Of a DNA stretch of 64,000 nucleotides, positions 29,208-37,900 are shown piece after piece. The first letter of the stretch is position 1, and each line of letters opens with the position of its first letter. The position numbers and the translations under genes were made by a program. Where the stretch lies: positions 37,912 to 101,911 of IMG/VR virus record IMGVR_UViG_3300018424_005577. One strand, given 5' to 3'. This DNA comes from a virus. The notes under the pieces are model-generated. The model was not told where the DNA came from and did no database searches. It was given only the letters and a program-made list of their open reading frames with translations.

Positions 29208-30302
29208 ATGTTGGATGCACTAAAAACACTTTTTGAAAATGACGTAGTTTCAGAAGATGTCCGTGCCGAAATCGAAGAGGCTTGGAATACCAAGATCAAA
29301 GAAAACAAACAGCAGGTAACTGCTGAGCTTCGTGAAGAGTTTGCTAAGAAGTATGAACACGACAAAGCAACTATGGTCGAAGCAATTGATCAAATGGTAT
29401 CAGAGCGTCTTGCAGAAGAAATAGCTGAATTTGCAGACGATCGCAAACAACTAGCAGAAGCTAAAGCAAAATATGCTGTTGCTATGCGTGAAAATGCAAA
29501 TCTTCTTCAAAAGTTTGTTACAAAACAACTTGGAAAAGAAGTAAGCGAACTTCACTCAGATCAGAAAGTTATGGCAGAGAAATTTACCAAACTAGAAGAT
29601 TTTGTAGTAGAGGCACTATCTAAAGAAATTGCTGAGTTTTACGAAGACAAGAAAGACCTTGCAGAAACAAAGGTTAAACTTGTCAAAGAAGCAAAGACAA
29701 AATTTGCTGAGGTCAAAAAAGACTTCATTAAGAAAAGTGCAGACATGGTGGCAGAAACTGTTGGCAAAAAACTCACTAGTGAGATTGGCCAGCTTAAAGA
29801 AGACATCGAATCTGCACGTAGAAATGACTTTGGCCGCAGAGTATTCGAAGCATTTGCAAATGAATATTCTACAAGCTACTTAAATGAAAAGTCAGAAACA
29901 GCAAAACTAATGAAAGTTCTTGATCTTAAGGACAAGAAATTAGCAGAAGCAAAACAGGCAGCAGAAAAAGCAATTAAACTTGCAGAGTCTAAAGAATCTG
30001 AAAAACAGCGTTTAATTGAAACTGCTAACCGCAAAGAAATCTTAAATGATTTAGTTTCACCGCTATCAAAAGATCAGCGCGAAATAATGACAGACTTACT
30101 GGAATCAGTTCAAACTGCTAAACTACGTACACAGTTTGATAAGTACCTACCGGCAGTAATCGACGGTAAAACTCCAGCGAAGCAGAAGGCAGCAATAACA
30201 GAGGCAAAAGAAGTAACAGGCAACCGTGACACTGACGTCACAAAAGTAAAAGCAAACGACGATAACGTTTTTGATATTCGTCGTCTAGCAGGTTTAAACT
30301 AA
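29208..30302 (+). CDS. Prohead core scaffolding protein gp22-like
   Basis: Coiled-coil protein between protease and capsid genes; FGRRVFEAF; C-terminal IRRLAGL. Confidence 0.85.
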   Translation: MLDALKTLFENDVVSEDVRAEIEEAWNTKIKENKQQVTAELREEFAKKYEHDKATMVEAIDQMVSERLAEEIAEFADDRKQLAEAKAKYAVAMRENANLLQKFVTKQLGKEVSELHSDQKVMAEKFTKLEDFVVEALSKEIAEFYEDKKDLAETKVKLVKEAKTKFAEVKKDFIKKSADMVAETVGKKLTSEIGQLKEDIESARRNDFGRRVFEAFANEYSTSYLNEKSETAKLMKVLDLKDKKLAEAKQAAEKAIKLAESKESEKQRLIETANRKEILNDLVSPLSKDQREIMTDLLESVQTAKLRTQFDKYLPAVIDGKTPAKQKAAITEAKEVTGNRDTDVTKVKANDDNVFDIRRLAGLN

Positions 30303-30313
30303 GGAGAACTTAA

Positions 30314-31492
30314 ATGTCAGAACTACTAGAAAGTCGCTGGCAGGATACTAAAACAGCACTTGTTGAAGGCCTACAAGGCAACAAGAAAGCAGTTATGGAA
30401 ACAACTCTTGAAAATACTCGCAAGTATCTTTCAGAATCCGCAACTGCAGGTGCTACTTCTGCCGGTAATGTCGCAACTCTAAATAGAGTTATTCTCCCAG
30501 TTATTAGACGTGTAATGCCAACCGTTATTGCTAACGAGTTAGTTGGTGTTCAGCCTATGACTGGTCCAGTTGGTCAAATTCACACACTACGTGTGCGTTA
30601 TGCTGATGATTTCAACAGCACAAACGGTACTGACACAACAGCTGGTGATGAAGCATTATCACCATTCAAGATCGCTGAAGGATATTCAGGTGATGCCGCT
30701 ACAGATAGAGCCGCATCAACAGCAACACTAGAAGGTGCCGCTGGTAACAGAATGTCAATTCAGATCTTAAAACAAACTGTCGAAGCGAAAACCAGAAAGC
30801 TATCAGCTCGCTGGACTTTCGAAGCCGCGCAAGACGCTCAGTCACAGCATGGCATCGACGTTGAAGCTGAGATCATGGCAGCTCTTGCACAAGAAATTAC
30901 TGCTGAGATTGACCAAGAAGTACTTGCTTCACTTACCTCACTAGCTGGAGCCGCTACTGAAACTTATGATCAGGCAGCAGTTTCAGGTACAGCTACTTTT
31001 GTTGGTGACGAGCATGCCGCATTGGCAGTTCAAATCAACAGAGTATCAAACTTGATTGCACAGCGTACACGCAGAGGCGCAGGTAACTGGGCAGTTGTAA
31101 GTCCATTAGCACTTACAATTCTTCAGTCTGCAACAACTTCAGCGTTTGCACGTACAACAGAAGGTACTTTCGAAGCACCAACTAACACTAAAATGGTTGG
31201 TACATTGAACAACGCAATGAAAGTTTATGTTAACACATATGCTTCAGACAGCGCACCAGTACTTATTGGTTACAAAGGTTCAAGCGAATCAGACGCAGCC
31301 GCGTTCTACTGCCCATACATTCCATTGATGAGCAGTGGTGTTGTACTAGACCCAGGTACATTCGAGCCAGTAGTTAGCTTCATGACCAGATATGGTTATG
31401 TTGAGCTAACAAATACTGCTTCGTCACTTGGTAATGCGGCAGACTACTTAGGTAAAGTTGCTATCACTAACGGTAACGTTAGCTTTAGCTAA
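30314..31492 (+). CDS. Major capsid protein gp23
   Basis: VGVQPMTGPVGQI, VEAKTRKLSARWT.E.AQD, FYCPYIPL, MTRYG. Confidence 0.98.
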   Translation: MSELLESRWQDTKTALVEGLQGNKKAVMETTLENTRKYLSESATAGATSAGNVATLNRVILPVIRRVMPTVIANELVGVQPMTGPVGQIHTLRVRYADDFNSTNGTDTTAGDEALSPFKIAEGYSGDAATDRAASTATLEGAAGNRMSIQILKQTVEAKTRKLSARWTFEAAQDAQSQHGIDVEAEIMAALAQEITAEIDQEVLASLTSLAGAATETYDQAAVSGTATFVGDEHAALAVQINRVSNLIAQRTRRGAGNWAVVSPLALTILQSATTSAFARTTEGTFEAPTNTKMVGTLNNAMKVYVNTYASDSAPVLIGYKGSSESDAAAFYCPYIPLMSSGVVLDPGTFEPVVSFMTRYGYVELTNTASSLGNAADYLGKVAITNGNVSFS

Positions 31493-31517
31493 GATTTACT
31501 TAATTAGTAAAAAAACA

Positions 31518-31547
31518 AAAAGGGCGGAGTTTACTTCGCCCTTTTTT
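31518..31547 (+). terminator. Intrinsic terminator after capsid gene
   Basis: AAAAGGGCGGAG-TTTA-CTTCGCCCTTTTTT. Confidence 0.85.
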
Positions 31548-31646
31548 ATTGACTAAAATTAATGATTTTACGTATGACTTTTGCTTTATAATATGTTTAA
31601 ATAATACTGTAGTACGTATTATTAACCTTTAAGAAGGAGAAAACAT

Positions 31647-31718
31647 ATGTGGTCAAAGCCAACATACACAGAAATGCGTTTTGGTTTCGAAGTAACAATG
31701 TATGTAATGAACAAGTAG
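31647..31718 (+). CDS. pqqA: Pyrroloquinoline quinone precursor peptide PqqA (23 aa)
   Basis: [23 protein letters not shown] with the E-x-x-x-Y core (GFEVTMY); strong AAGGAG RBS; below ORF-track cutoff. Confidence 0.93.
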   Translation: MWSKPTYTEMRFGFEVTMYVMNK

Positions 31719-31757
31719 ATTACATGCATAGATTGCTAGAAACGCAAGACTGCGAAT

Positions 31758-31777
31758 AACCCGCTTCGGCGGGTTTT
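31758..31777 (+). terminator. Intrinsic terminator after pqqA
   Basis: AACCCGC-TTCG-GCGGGTTTT (cUUCGg tetraloop). Confidence 0.85.
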
Positions 31778-31795
31778 CAATGATAAATAGTTTTA

Positions 31796-31838
31796 CGTTC
31801 ATCCTACGGGACGGAAGTAGCATATTGCGAAGGAACGC
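31796..31838 (+). ncRNA. Glutamine riboswitch (glnA RNA motif, class I)
   Basis: P1 CGUUC/GAACG, P2 UCC-UACG-GGA, E-loop GGAAGUA...GAAG, P3 GCA-UAU-UGC: the three-way-junction consensus of the glnA motif; ATAAATA at 31783-31789 just upstream. Confidence 0.8.
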
Positions 31839-31867
31839 ACTTTAACCCTTTAACTAGGAGAAGTGTT

Positions 31868-31966
31868 ATGAGCAACTATACCCTTTGGTGCTACAAGCAA
31901 CTAATCAAACAGCACCAAATCAACAAAATTAATAATATACTTGCCAAAAAAATGTATTTTTGGTAA
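31868..31966 (+). CDS. 32-aa basic peptide downstream of the glutamine riboswitch
   Basis: MSNYTLWCYKQLIKQHQINKINNILAKKMYFW; AGGAG RBS at 31856-31860, 7 nt before ATG. Confidence 0.6.
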   Translation: MSNYTLWCYKQLIKQHQINKINNILAKKMYFW

Positions 31967-31974
31967 AAAAGTGG

Positions 31975-32002
31975 TTGACTTTTATTTGTAAGATGTTATA
32001 TT
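31975..32002 (+). promoter_or_regulatory. sigma70 promoter for manA-like RNA
   Basis: TTGACT (31975-31980), 16 bp, extended -10 TGtTATATT (31994-32002). Confidence 0.65.
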
Positions 32003-32008
32003 AATAAC

Positions 32009-32225
32009 ATAAGCTACAAAGACTTAGCTAGTCGATGTATATAGTGCAAGGAAGAGGCGTTTACCAGAGCGTCGAACTTGGCTGTTTAGGGGTGGTACCC
32101 AGGCGTGGTAGTAGAAATACGCTGTGTCACATCGCTCTACCGAGCGGAAACAGGCTCCCTGGTTTCAGAATGGTATCTGCGGCGAGGGGTTGGAGGTATA
32201 ACCGAATCCTCCCTATTTTGCTTAT
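32009..32225 (+). ncRNA. Structured ncRNA, probably manA RNA motif
   Basis: ~215-nt GC-rich multibranch fold closed by ATAAGC/GCTTAT; two UACC loops and two UGGUA loops (two kissing pseudoknots); terminal GGAGG/CCUCC hairpin. Family name is from recall of manA, not a search. Confidence 0.6.
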
Positions 32226-32232
32226 TCCAATT

Positions 32233-32270
32233 AAAGGCTTACAAGGGAGACTTTGTAAGCCTTTCTTCTT
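32233..32270 (+). terminator. Terminator-like hairpin after manA-like RNA
   Basis: AAAGGCTTACAAGG-GAGA-CTTTGTAAGCCTTT then CTTCTT. Confidence 0.7.
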
Positions 32271-32373
32271 ATTTGATAAATACATTTGTCAAGAAGTAGA
32301 GCCTCTTGATGAGGACTTATGCGGTACCCGCCGCGTAGACCTAGAACGTCAAATATTTTATAAGGAGAAAAAA

Positions 32374-32790
32374 ATGGGACGTCCAGTTAATAAAGACAAA
32401 ATCGGATACGGCGCTGGTCGTATCGCAGTAACAAGACACTTTTTTACAGGTGCTTCAGAAGCAACAACAGCCGCACATATTATTAGACAGGTTAGTGATA
32501 ATCGTTTTGTAGTGCGTTTAGACTCTAATGCAGGCGACGATTCTGCAGATGAAATTCTACAATTAACCAATCTTGGTTCTGGAAATTTAACAGAAGGTAC
32601 TTTTGAAATTGATGCATACGGAACTGACTCAACTACATACCAAGTAACAAAGATTCGCAACAGAACTGTTCAACTAGAAGCAGGCGGAACAGAATTTAAT
32701 GCAGTTTATGGCATTGGTAACATTCCAGAAGTATTAGAAACAGGTACAAATCCTGCAAATACTCTAGCAGTAGCGTTACCGGCACAATAA
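32374..32790 (+). CDS. Virion structural protein (138 aa), start corrected to MGRPVNKDK
   Basis: AAGGAG RBS at 32362-32367 and ATAAATA at 32276-32282; the longer ORF-track start runs through the ncRNA. Confidence 0.75.
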   Translation: MGRPVNKDKIGYGAGRIAVTRHFFTGASEATTAAHIIRQVSDNRFVVRLDSNAGDDSADEILQLTNLGSGNLTEGTFEIDAYGTDSTTYQVTKIRNRTVQLEAGGTEFNAVYGIGNIPEVLETGTNPANTLAVALPAQ

Positions 32791-32823
32791 TACAGGGATG
32801 GATCCCTTTATTAAGGATAAAGT

Positions 32824-34089
32824 ATGTCAAGAGTTGTAAACGTATATAACGGTGATTATAAAGTAGCAGTACAAGATGGTGGAAACATCACTCTTGACAC
32901 AGGTAACCTCGAAGGTAACGTCATTGTAACAGGTAATTTAGAAGTTAAAGGTACTACAACTACTGTAGAATCAACTGAAGTTACTATTACAGATAATGTT
33001 ATTGTCTTAAACAATGACGTGCCTGGTGCAGGAATTCCTGCTTCGTTAGGATATGTGTCTGGTATAGAAATTGCAAGAGGATCACTAAGTGATGCACAAT
33101 GGTTTTTTGATGAACAAATATCATGGACATTAGGCGGAACAAGCGGAGACGGAACCTGGTCAGCTAAATGGAAAAACGGTCAACGTCTTCCAATTTCAAC
33201 ACCAGGAATTGTAGCAGGTGGAAATTTTTATGTTAACACAGGCAATGGTGTAATTAGTGTCACTAATACTGTAGACTACGAAGAAGGTATTTGGAATTAT
33301 ACTAACGGAGTAATTACACCTACAGCAGATGGTGTTGCAATAGATGATGACCATATACCTAATGCAAGAGCATTAATTGACTACGTTGACTTTGTTGTTA
33401 ACGCAGAAGTTAGTAGCAGAATTGCTGAAGGCAACACAGAAGTTGAAGCAGTAGACGAAACTCATAGTATTGATCAAATTGTAAGTATTACATCAGACGG
33501 GTTGACAACTGTTATACAAACAAATGGACAACACGGTTATACTGTAGCAGATACTGTAGATATTTTTGGAGTCAACGGTAATGGTGATTTAATAGAAAAT
33601 CTTAACGGTACAAATATTGTAATTACTGAAATTGTTAGTTCTACCATTCTACGAGTACAAGTAGACACAACTGGAGGTGACGCGGCAAATTATGTAGGTG
33701 GCGGCACTATAAGAAAAGTTGGATACGTTCCTAGTGAAGTAAAAATTACAGTAAGCGGTATAAATGTTGCAAGTTTTTATGATGATAGATTAGAAGTAGC
33801 AGACTTTAAGTTACAGGATAATGTTCTATCTGTAGAAGCAAGTAACCAAGACTTGGAAATTGCCGCTCCTGGTACAGGTAGTGTTAAGATTAGAGATGTA
33901 CTTGAACTACCATCAACGCCGCATGACGACGATGGATCAGTTGATCCTATATTGCCCGACAGCGGAGTTAAGTTGTGGGCAAAATCACCATCATCTGGAG
34001 ACGTAGGCTTATACTACAAAAATAGTAACGATACTTCAGGAGAATTAATAAGTAAAAACAGAGCATTGCTTTTTAGCATGTTATTTTAA
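32824..34089 (+). CDS. Tail fibre-associated structural protein
   Basis: VTGNLEVKGTTTTVES...DNVIVLN fibre motif; T..HGY.V.D.V.I.GV domain; C-terminal ELISKNRALLFSMLF. Confidence 0.7.
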   Translation: MSRVVNVYNGDYKVAVQDGGNITLDTGNLEGNVIVTGNLEVKGTTTTVESTEVTITDNVIVLNNDVPGAGIPASLGYVSGIEIARGSLSDAQWFFDEQISWTLGGTSGDGTWSAKWKNGQRLPISTPGIVAGGNFYVNTGNGVISVTNTVDYEEGIWNYTNGVITPTADGVAIDDDHIPNARALIDYVDFVVNAEVSSRIAEGNTEVEAVDETHSIDQIVSITSDGLTTVIQTNGQHGYTVADTVDIFGVNGNGDLIENLNGTNIVITEIVSSTILRVQVDTTGGDAANYVGGGTIRKVGYVPSEVKITVSGINVASFYDDRLEVADFKLQDNVLSVEASNQDLEIAAPGTGSVKIRDVLELPSTPHDDDGSVDPILPDSGVKLWAKSPSSGDVGLYYKNSNDTSGELISKNRALLFSMLF

Positions 34090-34100
34090 GGTAAGAAAAA

Positions 34101-34439
34101 ATGGCAATAGTAAACGCACAATTAACTACAACGCAATTAGACATTTTAACAGTACCAGGCTCTGGAGTTAATGGCTATGCAATTACAAACATACTAGTTT
34201 GTAATACAGGAGCTGCCGATGCAAGTTTTGACATGCATTTTATACCTTCAGGCGATGCGTTAAACAGTAAAGTGACTATGGTTGTAAATGAACTAAATCT
34301 TCCTCCAGGAGAAACTTTTACATTTGATAGTGAAAAGGTTGTGTTAAGTCCAGGAGATAAAGTTGCTTTTGTTGCTGAGCCTGATATAGGTTCATCACTA
34401 ACAGATTTAGCGGCAACAGTAAGTTATTTGGAAGTATAA
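34101..34439 (+). CDS. Small beta-rich structural/adaptor protein (paralogue 1 of 3)
   Basis: VCN, EKVVL..GD, VSYLEV pattern shared with 47897 and 62101. Confidence 0.75.
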   Translation: MAIVNAQLTTTQLDILTVPGSGVNGYAITNILVCNTGAADASFDMHFIPSGDALNSKVTMVVNELNLPPGETFTFDSEKVVLSPGDKVAFVAEPDIGSSLTDLAATVSYLEV

Positions 34440-34440
34440 A

Positions 34441-34962
34441 ATGAGATTATTAAAAGCGCAAAGCACTAATCTAAGATCGATATACGGCAAAGGTGTCAAA
34501 TACGATATAAATGATATTGTTGAACTAGATAGCAACAAGGCAGTAATACTGCCTAAAGGCACAACAGCAGAGCGTAATAGTTATACTCCAGTAGACGGTC
34601 AAATGCGTTACAATACAGATGACGCAAGATTTGAAATGTACGAAGACGGTGCTTGGATAGGTGTAAGAAGTACTGCACCTGCAAGCATCGGCATCACAGC
34701 TCAAAATTTAGGAACAGGTGATGCGTCTGAACAATACTTTGGCCCGCTTGCAAGTGGCGATCCTGACTTTCCTGTACCTATAGCAGAATCACACATAATT
34801 GTTATAGTAGGCAACGTAATCCAAATTCCTGTTACAAACTATGTATTAGTACAAAACCCTGCCGGCAAGCCAGCTGGATGGTATCTAGATTTTGGTTCAT
34901 CACCATTATCAGTTCCAGATGTAGGCGAAACAGTAACAGCCATACATAACTTCGACAAATAA
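34441..34962 (+). CDS. Structural protein with LPxGTTAER...GQMRYNTD (Mtd_N-like) motif
   Basis: Motif read in the translation; lies in the fibre operon. Confidence 0.7.
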   Translation: MRLLKAQSTNLRSIYGKGVKYDINDIVELDSNKAVILPKGTTAERNSYTPVDGQMRYNTDDARFEMYEDGAWIGVRSTAPASIGITAQNLGTGDASEQYFGPLASGDPDFPVPIAESHIIVIVGNVIQIPVTNYVLVQNPAGKPAGWYLDFGSSPLSVPDVGETVTAIHNFDK

Positions 34963-34994
34963 TTCAATAAATACTGTGTCAAGGAGATTATTGA

Positions 34995-37900
34995 GTGGCA
35001 CAAGTCGGTAGAATATCTGGTCCATTACTACAAGAAAATTTAATACGTAACGGTATTGATTTAGCCTTTCGTAATGATTTAAGCACTACAGAACTTTTAT
35101 ATTTAGATGTTAACAATGACAAAATAAGTGTTAACAAAAATTCTCCTACAGCAGAACTAGATGTAGACGGAACACTTGGTGCAACCAACCTATTAACTGA
35201 TGCAACTTCTACTACAATTAATAATCTCACATTTACAAACAATAGAATTGATATTTTCAATACAGCAGTAGATGATAAAATTTATTTAGATGCCCAAGAA
35301 GCAATAGTAGTAAACAATCTACAAACAGAACAATTTTATATTTACGATAATAAAATTACAACAAAAGATAGTAATGCAAATATAGATTTATTTGCAAACG
35401 GAACAGGTACTGTTGAAATACTATCTAACCTTAATGTTGATGGAAATCTACATGCTACAGGAAATCTAACATTTGACGGCAATATAACATTTGGTGATAC
35501 ATTATCACAAGATACTGTAACATTTTCCGCAGATATCGACAGCGATATTATACCTGATCAAACTGGTGTTTTCAATTTAGGACAAAATGGTAAACGCTGG
35601 GGAGAAATGCATGTTAATTTAGTAAATGGAGAATTAATAGATGTTTCCGAATATAATGCAGGCGGTGTATACATATCTTTTAGGCCAGGCAATATTTTTT
35701 ATGTTGCACAAAACGGTGATGACACAAATGTAGGCGACACACAACAAGGACCTTTTAGAACCATTAAACATGCGTTAGATGTAGCAGATGCAAGTGTTAG
35801 TGGTCCTGTAACAATCTACGTTTATCCAGGTGAATATCAAGAACAAACACCTCTAGTAGTTCCAACAAATGTCACTGTTGTAGGCGCTGATATGCGCAAT
35901 ACTGTGATTATGCCAGACAGTGCAAATCAAAGTGAAGATATTTTTCATCTAAACGGCGAAACAACTATACAAAATTTAACATTAAAAGACTTTTTCTACG
36001 ATAGCATAAATGATAAAGGATATGGTTTTAGGTTTGCTCCTAATACAACAGTATCAACTAGAAGTCCTTACATTCAAAACTGTACTGTAATTACCCAGGG
36101 ATCGAGTACACCTACTGAAGATCCTAGAGGTTTTTCACAAGCAGATGCAGGTAAAGGTGCGTTAGTTGACGGCGCAGATGTAACTGGTGCAAGTCAAGAA
36201 GCAAGTATGCTATTCCATAGTTGTACATTTATTACTCCTGGTGTAGATGCTCTTACAATGACAAATGGTGTAAGAGTTGAATGGTTAAATTGTTTTACAT
36301 ACTTTGCCGATAGAGGCCTTTACGCAGTAGACGGTGCTACAGGTCATTTAAGCACAGACGGAAGCACTATATTATACGGTGCAGAATTACGCTCAATTGG
36401 AAGTGCTAACATATACGGAAATTACGGTGCAGTAGCAGATGGTTCTAATACATTAATGTATCTAATACAGCACAATATGGCTTACATCGGAGCAGGAAAA
36501 TTTGTAGACAACGATCCTAGTAGAAGTGTTGAATCGCAACAAACAGTTGAACTTAACAGCGGTAGAATAAGATATCAAGTAACTGATCACAACGGAAAAT
36601 ATTCTGTAGGAGATAATTTTTATATAGACTTTGAAACAGGTGAAACATCAGTAGACATTTCGAGTTTGACTGCTAATGGTATAACAGGAATTATTATTAC
36701 AGATCCTGTAAGTGGTAGGGTTACAAGAGTTACTCCTACCAACATAGAAACAGGCAATCTTCAATTTTTTGCAAATAGATTAGAATCTAAATCTGGTGAT
36801 GTAATTGTAAGATCTTATACTAACACAATTAATCTAAATAAAAATACAAATATTACAGATAATCTTTCTATAAGTGGGAATTTAAGTTTCGACGGTAGTT
36901 TAAATGTACTAGGAAATGAAGCAACAGACACCTTAAGTCTTAATGTAGATATAGATCAAGATTTTAATCCTCACGAAACCTTAATATATTCACTAGGTAC
37001 AGACACAAAAAGATGGAAAAAGATTTTTACATCTCAAGTAAATGCAGACGGTATTACATTTTTTGATAATGTTGTAACTACAAATGATACAAACGCTAGT
37101 TTAGAACTGAGAGCTAGTGGAACAGGCAATGTATATGTACCTGCAAACAACATTTTAGTGACTAATGATTTTGATGTATTACAAACTAGCAACTTAACAA
37201 ATGTTTCTATAATAGGTGATCTAAGTACAAGCGGACATATTAATCTAGCATCCAACTTTACTACAGAAAATGCTATTCTACAACAAGGATTAATTGTAGG
37301 AGCAAGTGCTCAATTTGAAGAAATACTTGTAGACACAAATGTTATTACAACTACAAACACAAATGCAGATCTAGAATTACGTGCTAATGGCACAAGTACA
37401 GTCAATTTACAAGAAAATGTAGATGTTACAAATAATCTCAGTGCAAAAGATATTAGTGTATCAAATACAACTATTACACAGAATGTTACTTCCGATAATG
37501 CTAACATTGGCAATTTAGAAATAAACGACAATTATATTGAAACTAAAAGCATTAATGGAAATTTAACATTAACATCATTAAAAAACATTACTATACCTAG
37601 CAACAACACTGTGCTAGGACAACAACTTACAGTAAACGGTACAAGCATTCTAAATAGTAATTTAAGCATCACAGGCGATATAACACAAATAGGTAATACT
37701 ACACAAACTGGCAATACTACTGTGCTAGGAGAATTTACTGTTGGCGATGTTTATATCGAAGATAATTTTATTACAACTACTAATTCTAATAGTAATTTAG
37801 AACTACGTACAAACAGTACTGGTGAAGTTTTAATACCTAATAACGATGTACAAATTAATAAAGATTTAACAGTAAGCACAGATACGGATTTACAAAGTAC

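Noticed and set aside
32305-32350. Hammerhead ribozyme (TTGATGA...AGAAC)
   Set aside because: Lacks the CUGANGA and GAAA core and stems I/III
32035-32373. N-terminal 113 aa of the 251-aa ORF in the track
   Set aside because: Runs through the structured RNA, terminator and a late promoter; the real start is ATG 32374 with AAGGAG
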